Part shown: positions 16,901-24,474 of the stretch, in pieces
Numbering within the stretch: position 1 is the first letter of the stretch
Layout: each line of letters starts with the position of its first letter
Assembly (NCBI GenBank): GCA_043797265.1
Contig: JAZDPV010000002.1
Location: 8,203 to 40,202, forward strand
Direction of reading: 5' to 3'
Source of the DNA: an archaeon
GTDB taxonomy: Archaea; Nanobdellota; Nanobdellia; Pacearchaeales; GW2011-AR1
DNA: 32,000 bases
The notes under the pieces: generated by a model
Databases searched by the model: none
What the model saw: the letters and a program-made list of their open reading frames with translations, nothing else
What the model was told of the DNA's origin: nothing
Made by a program: the position numbers and the translations under genes

Positions 16901-18598
16901 CACACTTCCATTATATCTAAACTCACAAGCCCAACAAGAACTATCGCAATTTGCTTTATTCGCTTTCTGCCCTCCGTCATCAACATTAAAAAATCCCGTC
17001 ATCTCGCACCACGAATCTTGTTTCAAAATAGCACCGTCGATATAATACTCCGTCTGCCAAGTCCCTCCCGAAGCAGTACACGCCGTATCACTACTAACCG
17101 AACCAAAATCATTATCTCCTCCAAATCCAAACACCGCCCCCGAATTAAACGTGCAATTCTTCACAACCGCAGAACTATTGTCCCACTTGCACGGCATCAT
17201 ATATTCTTCAATTAATTGCGTACACAAAGTATAATTATTCTTAGAATCGGGATGCTCGCAAAACCCAACAGGCGGCGCACTTTTAACTACAGAATTTTTT
17301 CCAGCCGCACAAAACGCGCCAGTTAAATTTACAGAAGAATTCCAAACACAATTCGGCAAAGGCCCATAATTACAAGCAGATTTAATTTGTATATCCACGC
17401 AAGCCAAATTAGCAGAATTATCAGCATTAGTATAACTCCCTTTATCTAAAGCATCATGCCCCTCGCAATATCCCACAACCTTCCCATAACAAATATTATC
17501 AGTAGCATTAGACACATCATTTGGAGCAGTAGCATTCCCACCAGTACAATAAGCACAACCAGTTATATTCCCACAAACTAACGGCTGATTATCCGCAAAC
17601 CAGCAATGCGCCTCTCCACCAAACATAAAACCTCCCCCGCCCATCCCGGAACCTCCACCCGACGGCATCACGCAACCACCAGTAGAATTATACCAACCCC
17701 CGACGCTGAAACACGAATCACTATCATTAAAAAACATAAATCCTCCTCCTTCCATCTCCCCGCAAACTCCCGAATCACTTTGATTAAAAACACAAGGCAT
17801 CATCATTTCCATCTTGAGAGTGTCGCAAAGAGTTTGATTATCACCCGCCTCAGAACAACTTTTCGTATAACAACACCCAACAGAATTTTGGCACCACGGG
17901 TCACTCGCTTTACTCACCCAAGTACACGCCCCCGCAAAACTTCCATTAACACACAATGTTTCATTTCCCTCATAACTCCAACAACCCTTTTGGTCACAGC
18001 AACCGATATCCGTCGTCGTCGCAAGAGAATTTTTATTCTGAGCGTCACCCAATGTTTTTATCCAGCACCACGGATTCTGATTCACATCATTCGCCTTCCA
18101 CTCACAAGTTTGATAATCACTCAAACACTGTTGCTTGTTTCCATCATTGTTCCAACAGCCACTAGCCGGACCACCAAAATCGCCACTACTACTCCAATCC
18201 ATCATGCAAGTTCCATTCATCATATAAGAAGAACCATTCGGAAGATAATTCGTCATCGGGAAACCATTCCAAGTGCAATTCAAAGTTCCATCATTTGTCT
18301 CACAAATCGTTTCATCCGTCTCATCCCACTGCCAACATTGTTTTTCAAGACAACAATATTGCATCGACGAACCACACCAAGGATCAATTTCAACACTCCC
18401 ATAGCCAACAACACTCCCCGTAAAAGAAGTCACAAGGCACCCGCTCGAATTACACAAAGATGGAGTCCCACCATTCATCGAACCATACTGCCAACAATCA
18501 ATCCACGCCACAACAATCCCCGAACTCAACAAGACGCCAACAACTAAAACCAAACAAAACAAAAAAATTCTCGACGATTTCACCACCATCTTTATCAT
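13928..18598 (-). CDS. Giant secreted Cys/Trp/Asn-rich surface protein, 1556 aa
   Basis: Sec-type signal peptide. My hand count is 27 Cys in the first ~285 aa. Many N-x-S/T sequons. Recurrent CxW-N-x-S/T...GWCD modules. Two C-x-NG-V-DD-x-[DE]-[DG]-L-x-DC-x-DP-x-C motifs. An FN3-like segment (VDTNEPS...AYYYKIKTCDPSGNCG...FTT). No C-terminal TM. Confidence 0.9.
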   Translation of the reverse strand: MIKMVVKSSRIFLFCLVLVVGVLLSSGIVVAWIDCWQYGSMNGGTPSLCNSSGCLVTSFTGSVVGYGSVEIDPWCGSSMQYCCLEKQCWQWDETDETICETNDGTLNCTWNGFPMTNYLPNGSSYMMNGTCMMDWSSSGDFGGPASGCWNNDGNKQQCLSDYQTCEWKANDVNQNPWCWIKTLGDAQNKNSLATTTDIGCCDQKGCWSYEGNETLCVNGSFAGACTWVSKASDPWCQNSVGCCYTKSCSEAGDNQTLCDTLKMEMMMPCVFNQSDSGVCGEMEGGGFMFFNDSDSCFSVGGWYNSTGGCVMPSGGGSGMGGGGFMFGGEAHCWFADNQPLVCGNITGCAYCTGGNATAPNDVSNATDNICYGKVVGYCEGHDALDKGSYTNADNSANLACVDIQIKSACNYGPLPNCVWNSSVNLTGAFCAAGKNSVVKSAPPVGFCEHPDSKNNYTLCTQLIEEYMMPCKWDNSSAVVKNCTFNSGAVFGFGGDNDFGSVSSDTACTASGGTWQTEYYIDGAILKQDSWCEMTGFFNVDDGGQKANKANCDSSCWACEFRYNGSVWANVTEAEAACVGSALGYCSWINGSSAFNGLGWCDYPTEMEYSGSGDCNTKCQDCDFMNAPYAACVGSVANAGVGCQWVNDTATGVGAGYCVDKTKKVCNTDCFSCYDFASCIDNTTTLDCTWDQTFNLCKPNGFAGEVCFNGVDDDSDLLVDCSDPDCGFDNFCGGSSFGGGCFAQMTEGDCNSTLAFGSSNCTWINDTWNPTGWCDMPGSNCWKFNDDLVTCNATAGCTNESSSMGSNAWCEMNMTKMNDAACWSVSNESACAGLSGCAWKNNTWGGVSSGGWCDYAPMSACMELNSSSCGANLNCTWRADNFSMTGGWCDIACMNQNFNQTGCENETFGGLCQWKNMSATCQPSTFMMMGMGSGGKTGCWQYNGNETGCALSSVTCQYKNDSYSNNNLSATEPSGWCMDKAEFQHFGAMEGDVIQLVMDSGNSFGPSGPSAEAGVGGEVDIMGTGMRVSAEGFNFGAGIFNISGSIVCNGYNVMAMMQMNGTVSSGIVGTGNASGSFYWYLDTDGVNSGACDAIGDTNYSGYDFMISYVARNTTAGVVETKQLMRCSNGTWTATNALVTTSKKMSCGEIGGVMVAVALQDLESFSEYVKTANMRIYMASADASDSRTSPSDYVGPGYYTPGSIDFGFVDCSNPSTKDPKCKNIQKFGFNVFEECMNGVDDNEDGLADCADPICAFTPKCASGAAFSFVANNTDKVAPTVMFSKVDTLWDGAFMKVDTNEPSNMSVLFYLSDSTCKVLNITMEDVGSEVYQQYANFKPFHSIDLVSGSLGYALSNGTAYYYKIKTCDPSGNCGVSACANFTTKASIVPKSFIFKLDLPDGYTVDIPALNKTGYNFSETFTINGVPTAFDVGIKTNTSVTKSMNMTVHSNCGDGLSIGFYGINIYEPVKIDMGSAFICNATTDMMGMNSSLKKWNNLIDDMHLGGAGDYIQMNMPVAYSSANTFNFVDDTGANAKNVSAYVNCTGTTATACKIPVSLGF

Positions 18599-18615
18599 TA
18601 AGTTATAATAATTCC

Positions 18616-18623
18616 TTTAAATA
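18616..18623 (-). promoter_or_regulatory. TATA-like TATTTAAA about 22 nt upstream of the giant-gene ATG
   Basis: Read on the reverse strand: GTATTTAAAGGAATTATTATAACTTAATG. Confidence 0.4.
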
Positions 18624-18643
18624 CTTTTCCAAAAAATAAACAC

Positions 18644-18865
18644 CGTCGACTCTCGACGAAATTTTTCCCAATCCCAACCCCGCATTCCAGCCCCGCGACC
18701 GCGCGGGGCGGCGAAGCCGCCGAAAATATGAGAGCGAAGCTCTCTAATTTCCCCCTCCCTATTCCCAATTTCCCCTCCCTATTCCCATCCCCGCAAATTA
18801 AAATTTTAGCGCCAGGTTGTCCGTTGCTTCGCAACGGACGGGCGCGTTAAAAAATTTTAATTTGC
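18644..18865 (-). other. Structured, locally GC-rich intergenic block: four short hairpins, a tandem 21-mer rich in G-tracts (reverse strand), and a 73-nt long hairpin
   Basis: Short hairpins at 18644-18658, 18691-18708, 18707-18721 and 18730-18744. Tandem 21-mer at 18748-18788. Long hairpin at 18793-18865 with inner stem GTCCGTTGC-TTC-GCAACGGAC (18819-18839). Confidence 0.6.
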
Positions 18866-18873
18866 ATAAAATC

Positions 18874-18888
18874 GTGAACGAAGTTCAC
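18874..18888 (-). terminator. Hairpin GTGAAC-GAA-GTTCAC 36 nt after the radA stop, followed by a T-rich run on the reverse strand
   Basis: Read directly. On the reverse strand GTGAACTTCGTTCAC is followed by GATTTTAT. Confidence 0.4.
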
Positions 18889-18923
18889 CCACCAGAAAAA
18901 GTTGGTAAGAAAACTTAGTGTTC

Positions 18924-19946
18924 TTACACCTCAACATCCTTCAACCCATCTGCCTCAATCATAAACGCCGTCGCATTATCCGGCAAATCCGGACTGTCAA
19001 TCAACTTCGCAATCCTCGAATCCTTCTTCCCTCGTCGAAGATAAATTCTGTAAGTGCAAGCATGTCCGACGATATTCCCCCCAATCGCTTTCGTCGGGTC
19101 CCCAAACAACTGCGCCGGGTCCGACATAACTTGATTCGTCACATACACCGCCAAATTATTTTGCTCGGCAACCCTCATCAAATCATGCAAATATCTATTC
19201 AGCCTCTGTTGCCTATCTGCCAACTGCCCCCGCCCAGTATACTCCGCCCGAAAATGCGCCGTCAACGAATCAACAATCACCAACCGAATCGGCTCTCCGT
19301 CCTTAATCATCTCCGCCACTTTCTCCAGCAACAACATCTGATGGTCCGAATTAAACGCCCTCGCAACCAAAATATTTTTCAGCACCTTGTCTGGATTCGC
19401 CCCAATTCCCGACGCAAACTGCCTGACTCTCTCCGGTCGAAATGTCCCCTCGGTATCAATGTAAACCGCCTTCCCATTTGCGCCCCCCTGCTCAATCGGC
19501 AACTGAACACTGACCGCCAACGACAAAGCAAGTTGAGTCTTCCCCGAACCAAAAGCCCCAAATGCCTCCGTTATCGCCTTCGTCTCAATCCCTTTCCCCC
19601 CAAGAAGCTCATCCAAATTCTTAGACCCCGTCGTAATATGAAACAACTCCTTCCTCTTCTGTTCATGCGCCAGCCCGTCGGAAAAACCCAAGTCCATCAT
19701 CTTCCTCGACGCCTGAATCGCCTTCCTCGCAACCGCCTCGCTCATCCCGGCCAACTCAGACAAACCCGCCGGAGTTAAAACCGCCAACCCCATCAAGTCA
19801 TAAATCCCCGCCGCCTCCAACTTCGCAACCGCCCCCGGTCCGACCCCCGGCAAGTCAATCAACTTCGCCTCTCCCTTCTTCCCGCCCTTCACCTCTTCAT
19901 CCCCAGAAACAACATCCTCGACATCACTACCTATCTTTTTTGCCAT
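18924..19946 (-). CDS. radA: Recombinase RadA
   Basis: HhH N-domain ([19 protein letters not shown]), Walker [22 protein letters not shown]. Confidence 0.97.
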   Translation of the reverse strand: MAKKIGSDVEDVVSGDEEVKGGKKGEAKLIDLPGVGPGAVAKLEAAGIYDLMGLAVLTPAGLSELAGMSEAVARKAIQASRKMMDLGFSDGLAHEQKRKELFHITTGSKNLDELLGGKGIETKAITEAFGAFGSGKTQLALSLAVSVQLPIEQGGANGKAVYIDTEGTFRPERVRQFASGIGANPDKVLKNILVARAFNSDHQMLLLEKVAEMIKDGEPIRLVIVDSLTAHFRAEYTGRGQLADRQQRLNRYLHDLMRVAEQNNLAVYVTNQVMSDPAQLFGDPTKAIGGNIVGHACTYRIYLRRGKKDSRIAKLIDSPDLPDNATAFMIEADGLKDVEV

Positions 19947-20115
19947 CTCTCATTCCCTCAATTTCTTTTTTCATATTATAAACAACACACTCTCTGAAAT
20001 TATTTGAACCACAAACCCCATTCGTCACTTTGCATTCAAAACTCTCACCCTCACTGCGCATACTGAAATAAGGAGGCACCCTATCTCCTATATACTCGCA
20101 ACTTCCATCAGCCAT
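19927..20115 (-). CDS. Small Cys-rich protein, 62 aa, paralog of 20108..20293
   Basis: Shared pattern CEY...[ED]C[KR]...GVCxSxxxxxC. Overlaps the radA start by 20 nt and the upstream paralog by 8 nt. Confidence 0.55.
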   Translation of the reverse strand: MADGSCEYIGDRVPPYFSMRSEGESFECKVTNGVCGSNNFRECVVYNMKKEIEGMRDGKKDR

Positions 20116-20293
20116 CTACCACCCCCAACAACCCACGCGATTTCTTCTCCCACTCCTTAACCGCTAAATAAGTTTGACAACTCTCATAATCATCGGAATC
20201 ACAAACCCCATCTATCACAGCCCTACAATAATTCTTACAATCACCATTTCCCTCTCTTGCCATAAAAAAATACTCACATTCCTCATCCACCAT
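20108..20293 (-). CDS. Small Cys-rich protein, 61 aa, paralog of 19927..20115
   Basis: MVDEECEYFF...DCKNYCRAVIDGVCDSDDYESCQTY. ATG start confirmed. Confidence 0.55.
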   Translation of the reverse strand: MVDEECEYFFMAREGNGDCKNYCRAVIDGVCDSDDYESCQTYLAVKEWEKKSRGLLGVVDG

Positions 20294-20314
20294 TCCAACA
20301 AAAATCCCCTTCCC

Positions 20315-20773
20315 TTAATAAGCATTTATGTAATACAAAATAACTAATAAAATATCTCCCAACATCAACAAAACAAAAATCACATCCTCGACAATCCCAC
20401 CGCTTTTAACAAACCCCTTAACTTTCCATCTCAACGGCCAAAATAATTCAACCCCACTCCGCGTCCAGCAATCCAAAAACAAATGCGAAACATAACCAAC
20501 AAAAAATCCAAACCCAATCCAAAGATCAACACTACCTAATATAAGAGATAACAAACCCCCAAAAAATAAACTATGAAAAACCCCCCGATGTTTTACAATC
20601 CACTGCAACGGCCGAAAATACCAACGGTTCCCAAACGAACTATTCTTCACATCAACATCGACAAACACCGTCGCCAACAAAACAAAAGCCAAAACATACA
20701 AAGGCATCTCCAAAAAATAACTCAAAATAAACCAAACAAAAATCCCAAACACCACATGCGTCCTAAATAACAT
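20315..20773 (-). CDS. YdjM-family membrane-bound metal-dependent hydrolase (DUF457)
   Basis: HRGVFHS and GYVSHLFLDCWTRSGVELFWP motifs with about 4 TM helices. Confidence 0.75.
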   Translation of the reverse strand: MLFRTHVVFGIFVWFILSYFLEMPLYVLAFVLLATVFVDVDVKNSSFGNRWYFRPLQWIVKHRGVFHSLFFGGLLSLILGSVDLWIGFGFFVGYVSHLFLDCWTRSGVELFWPLRWKVKGFVKSGGIVEDVIFVLLMLGDILLVILYYINAY

Positions 20774-20797
20774 CCAAACAAAAACAAAAATGAATTC

Positions 20798-21742
20798 TTA
20801 ACCCTTGCTATTTAAATCGGTAATCAGTTTCTCAACATCAACTCTCTCAACCCCAGAAGCAACAACTTCTAAATTATCAAACAACTTATTCCTCTGCACC
20901 CGCCCCGACAAATAAATCTCACTCCCCATAAAATCATCCCTAAACGCCAACGCCTTCGCCTCATCCTTTAAATCACCCTCGGGAATCAACGCATTTATCT
21001 GGTCGCTAAACATCACAACTCTCATGCTTTCCGTCCCATCGTCCAAGACAAAATTCAAAATCGCTCTCTCCTTCGGCGCAACCTTCCCATGCTCCCCGCA
21101 CCTATATCCCCCACCCTCGCCAACAATTTTTTTATTACACTCCGGACAAACAAAATAAAATCTCGGCTGAAAAATCTGAACAACCGCCCCACGCACCCTG
21201 ACATTTTGCCCCTGCTTCGCCTCGCTCAAATTCCCTTCCTTCACAATCACGCCGGTCTTCACGTCCCCCATAATGACCCCGCTCTTCTTCAACTCGCTAA
21301 AACCCCCCAAATGAATCTCCCCGTCCCTCGTCGAACCATTCTTAATTTCAACAACATCTCCCACCTTTATCTCCCCGTTCTCAATCAACTCAATATGATT
21401 CACATCCCAAAGCACAACCCTCGTGCTCCCCGTCTCGTCTCCAAAAACAAAATTCACAACCTTCCCCTCTCTCCCATTCTTCGAAAACTCCCTCACTGGA
21501 AACAAATTCACAACTTTCCCCACGATATTAACCCGCCTCATTCCCGACATCAACTCCCCAACTTTTAAATCCTGATTCTCAAAACTAATCCCCAACTCCG
21601 CCGCGATAATCTGCGCCGCCCCCTCCTTCGAAATCAACCCCGACAACTTCGCCTTCTTCGCCTCAATTTTCCTTTCGACCTCATCCCGCTCAATCCCCGC
21701 CTCGCCGGCAATCCTGTCAACAAGCATCTCATAATTTTGCAT
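20798..21742 (-). CDS. rpa: Replication protein A (ssDNA-binding, OB fold plus zinc finger)
   Basis: OB-fold segment VNIVGKVVNLFPVREF...VVNFVFGDETGSTRVVLWD. Zn finger CPECNKK...YRCGEH. Confidence 0.85.
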   Translation of the reverse strand: MQNYEMLVDRIAGEAGIERDEVERKIEAKKAKLSGLISKEGAAQIIAAELGISFENQDLKVGELMSGMRRVNIVGKVVNLFPVREFSKNGREGKVVNFVFGDETGSTRVVLWDVNHIELIENGEIKVGDVVEIKNGSTRDGEIHLGGFSELKKSGVIMGDVKTGVIVKEGNLSEAKQGQNVRVRGAVVQIFQPRFYFVCPECNKKIVGEGGGYRCGEHGKVAPKERAILNFVLDDGTESMRVVMFSDQINALIPEGDLKDEAKALAFRDDFMGSEIYLSGRVQRNKLFDNLEVVASGVERVDVEKLITDLNSKG

Positions 21743-22001
21743 TAGAAAAAATCACAAGATTCTTGACCGCAAGAACTTCGTCACTGCATAATCTAAAACC
21801 ATCCGCCTCCGCAATTTTATTCACCATCCGAAAAAATCTTAGATTTTTGAGCAAGCTATCGCTTTAGCGCAAGCTTCACAATCTCTCAATCTACCTCCGC
21901 AATTTTATTCATCATAAACAAAATTCCCATCAAATCTATTTAAGTATTATTGTGATACACCCCATAACAAGTTTTATAAACCGAAACCAAGACAAATAAA
22001 T

Positions 22002-22154
22002 ATGGAAACAAAATGTATAAGCTGCGACAGAAAAACATCCAACAGCGTCAAGCTCCCCTGCCCAAAATGTTCAAAAGAAATCTTCAGATGCGACAAATGC
22101 CGAAACCTTTCAATAGAATACAAATGTAAAAAATGTGGACACGAAGGCCCATGA
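22002..22154 (+). CDS. Zn-ribbon protein, 50 aa (COG2888-like, the usual neighbour of aEF-1beta)
   Basis: Hand translation METKCISCDRKTSNSVKLPCPKCSKEIFRCDKCRNLSIEYKCKKCGHEGP with four CxxC pairs. TATA-like ttttataaa about 25 nt upstream. Confidence 0.65.
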   Translation: METKCISCDRKTSNSVKLPCPKCSKEIFRCDKCRNLSIEYKCKKCGHEGP

Positions 22155-22167
22155 AAAACCAACTAAA

Positions 22168-22200
22168 CTCTATTCTCTATTCTCTATTCTCTATTCTCTA
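22168..22200. repeat. Heptanucleotide tandem repeat (ctctatt) x 4.7
   Basis: Read directly. It ends 2 nt before the aEF-1beta ATG. Confidence 0.9.
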
Positions 22201-22202
22201 AA

Positions 22203-22478
22203 ATGGCAACCGCAGCAATCCAATTCAAAATAATGCCAGAAAATTTAGAAACTAATCTCAAAGACCTAAAAAATAAAATAAAATCAAAAATAGAATCCTT
22301 CAAATCCGGCGTCTTCAACGAAGCCAAAGAAGAACCAATCGCATTTGGACTCAAAGCACTAATCGTAACATTCGCTCTCTCCGAAGACGAAGAAGTCGAC
22401 TCTGTCGAAAACGCACTAAAAGAAATCGAGGGCGTCTCGTCCATCGAACTAACCGACTACCGAAGAGCAATCGGATAA
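22203..22478 (+). CDS. ef1b: Elongation factor aEF-1beta
   Basis: 91 aa; FKIMPE...EEPIAFGLKAL...IEGVSSIE pattern. Confidence 0.85.
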   Translation: MATAAIQFKIMPENLETNLKDLKNKIKSKIESFKSGVFNEAKEEPIAFGLKALIVTFALSEDEEVDSVENALKEIEGVSSIELTDYRRAIG

Positions 22479-22586
22479 ACTTCCATAAATTTATAACCAT
22501 ACTAATTCTATATCAATTATGAAACCAAATAAACCCCCACAAAACGAGCGCAACAAACATCTGTCAGCGAAGCGGTCTATTTAATC

Positions 22587-23213
22587 ATGCCAATCACAAA
22601 AGAAGAAGCAGACAAAATCAAAGAACATCTCCTCAAACAACTCGACAACTTTCCCGAAGATAGACGCGAACAAATCACAAACCAAATCAATTCTATGACA
22701 AAAGAACAGGTCGAAAACTTCATCCAGCAAAACAAACTAACTCATCTCGGCGGACAATGCATCTTCTGCTCAATCGTCGCAAACAAAACCCCATCTTACA
22801 AAATTGCCAAAAACGAAGACAACATCGCCATCCTCGAAATAAACCCACTAAGCAAAGGCCACTCCCTCGTCGTCCCAAAAGAACACCTTGAAGAACTCCC
22901 CCAATCAGCAAAAGACCTCGCCCAAGAAGTCGCCCAAAAACTTCAGGAAACTTTCTCCCCAAGCGAAATCCAAATCAAAGAACTAAAAATAATGAACCAC
23001 CCCTTAATTGAAGTCGTCCCAATTTACGGCAACGATACTCCAATGCGTCAAAATTCAGGATACACCGAACGACGCAAAAAACAACAAGCATCCGAAGAAG
23101 AATTAAAAGAACTCCAAAAAGAAATCACAAAACCAAAAAAAATCGAGATCAACAATCAACAATCAACAATCAGCGACGAAGTCATCCCAATCCTCCCGCC
23201 AAGAATACCCTAA
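22587..23213 (+). CDS. HIT-like protein with a degenerate histidine triad
   Basis: CIFCSIV...ILEINPLSKGHSLVVPKEH is HIT-like, but the HxHxHxx position reads NHPLIEVVP. About 55-aa N-terminal and about 60-aa K/E-rich C-terminal extensions. Confidence 0.65.
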   Translation: MPITKEEADKIKEHLLKQLDNFPEDRREQITNQINSMTKEQVENFIQQNKLTHLGGQCIFCSIVANKTPSYKIAKNEDNIAILEINPLSKGHSLVVPKEHLEELPQSAKDLAQEVAQKLQETFSPSEIQIKELKIMNHPLIEVVPIYGNDTPMRQNSGYTERRKKQQASEEELKELQKEITKPKKIEINNQQSTISDEVIPILPPRIP

Positions 23214-24028
23214 CCAAAACCAATCAAACCAATAACCCAGCCCTTCAAAAAAGCATATTCCAAAAACGCAATCAAAAACGCCGGCACGAAAGGCAGCCCA
23301 TCTCTAATTTTAATATTCCTCCGCCCCTTCAATAATTTAATATTCTCCAACGACAAACCATCCCAGTCCGCTTCGATAATTTTCTTTCCAACCTTAATAT
23401 CTTCAATCAGCCAATCGCCCTCCCTCAAATCCCCCCCAGAAACAACTCTAATCATGACAACTTTTTCCAGCCCCTTCGCAAAAACATAAAGCCCAAGCCC
23501 CAACAAAACAAAAATCCCAAAAACGAAAAATATCCAATATAAAAATCCGAAAAATATTACCAGCACACCACATCCCGCTACCCACCATCTGCCATCCACC
23601 ATCTTTTTTATTTCCTCATTTACCTTCTCAAAATTCCTAACATACAAAACAGAAGAATAAGCCAAACCATAAATCGAACCAGCAACCATCAAGAACAAAA
23701 CAAAAATCCCAACATTCATCAACGTCTCACTAAAATTCGCACCAACAAAAAAAACCGTCATCGCAAACAACAACTTCGCATCCCCACCCGCAAAAACCCG
23801 GCCATAATAAAAAACATTCATAATCCCGAACATCAAAACCAGGGCAAACCCCGCCTGAAAAATAATCGAGCCATCGCCCTCAAAAATCGCCCGATAAAAA
23901 ATAAACGAAAAACTCACAACCAACAAAAACAAATTCAGCCAATTATCAACCTCGCGCCTTTTCAAATCCTGCAAAACAGCGACGACAATCCCGGCAAAAA
24001 ACAACCAAAACAAAAATCCAAACTCCAT
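23210..24028 (-). CDS. A24-family prepilin/preflagellin peptidase (PibD/FlaK/EppA-like)
   Basis: First Asp context VLQDLKRREVDN, second FAGGDAKLL, polytopic, with a C-terminal extra domain. First ATG at 24028; the track starts at TTG 24031. Confidence 0.85.
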   Translation of the reverse strand: MEFGFLFWLFFAGIVVAVLQDLKRREVDNWLNLFLLVVSFSFIFYRAIFEGDGSIIFQAGFALVLMFGIMNVFYYGRVFAGGDAKLLFAMTVFFVGANFSETLMNVGIFVLFLMVAGSIYGLAYSSVLYVRNFEKVNEEIKKMVDGRWWVAGCGVLVIFFGFLYWIFFVFGIFVLLGLGLYVFAKGLEKVVMIRVVSGGDLREGDWLIEDIKVGKKIIEADWDGLSLENIKLLKGRRNIKIRDGLPFVPAFLIAFLEYAFLKGWVIGLIGFG

Positions 24029-24204
24029 CAATCCTCCAAAACAGAAACTATACTCGCAACCAATGATGAAAGCAGCCCAAATGCACTTATCAAAAGTCCT
24101 TGCATCCCAAGAATATTTAATTTTATCAAAGTTATGGCAAAATAAATAAAAATCGCAAAATTAATTATCTGTGAAAAAATTGTCAATCCACGACTAACCC
24201 TCAT
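24028..24204 (-). CDS. 58-aa two-TM micro-protein
   Basis: Hand translation MRVSRGLTIFSQIINFAIFIYFAITLIKLNILGMQGLLISAFGLLSSLVASIVSVLED. TGATG overlap with the peptidase start. Confidence 0.35.
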   Translation of the reverse strand: MRVSRGLTIFSQIINFAIFIYFAITLIKLNILGMQGLLISAFGLLSSLVASIVSVLED

Positions 24205-24205
24205 C

Positions 24206-24310
24206 CTAAATCAAAAGAGCTTTGATTATCCCAAAAACAAGCAGTCCCAAAGCAATAAATCCCATCACCCAAGCAACCACCTGCAAAATTTCCAACACTC
24301 TTTTCTCCAT
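24206..24310 (-). CDS. 34-aa single-TM micro-protein
   Basis: Hand translation MEKRVLEILQVVAWVMGFIALGLLVFGIIKALLI. Its stop lies 1 nt before the next ATG. Confidence 0.3.
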   Translation of the reverse strand: MEKRVLEILQVVAWVMGFIALGLLVFGIIKALLI

Positions 24311-24474
24311 ACAGTAAAAACAACACTAATTTATTTAAACCTTCCTCTTTCTTTTTCTCTCACCCTCTTCAACTTCCTGCACTCGAAACTTTCCCCCGCG
24401 CTTATACCCCCGCGCTAACCTCTTTCTCCTTAAATCCTTTTTCGTCCGACGCCGCTCACTCCCGCCATACTCCA

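Noticed and set aside
17606-18547. Long top-strand ORFs of 85-313 aa: 17606..18547, 18918..19778, 30552..31319, 291..638, 809..1087, 12889..13335, 13571..13939, 21089..21568, 28566..29018, 10466..11026, 7793..8173, 3293..3598.
   Set aside because: All lie antisense to, or out of frame with, well-supported genes. Their translations are low-complexity P/H/T/N/R/I/Q strings. The top strand is so poor in G and T that stop codons are rare, so such ORFs arise by chance.
18598-18834. 78-aa reverse ORF in the radA / giant-gene spacer.
   Set aside because: It coincides with the hairpin and G-tract block, has a G/R/P-rich translation, and would overlap the giant-gene promoter and start.
18644-18865. 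Structured block as SRP RNA or RNase P RNA.
   Set aside because: I could not find the conserved SRP helix-8 or helix-6 motifs or the RNase P CR-I/CR-V signatures. The hairpins resemble the dispersed triloop repeat family instead. An Infernal scan would be needed to be certain.
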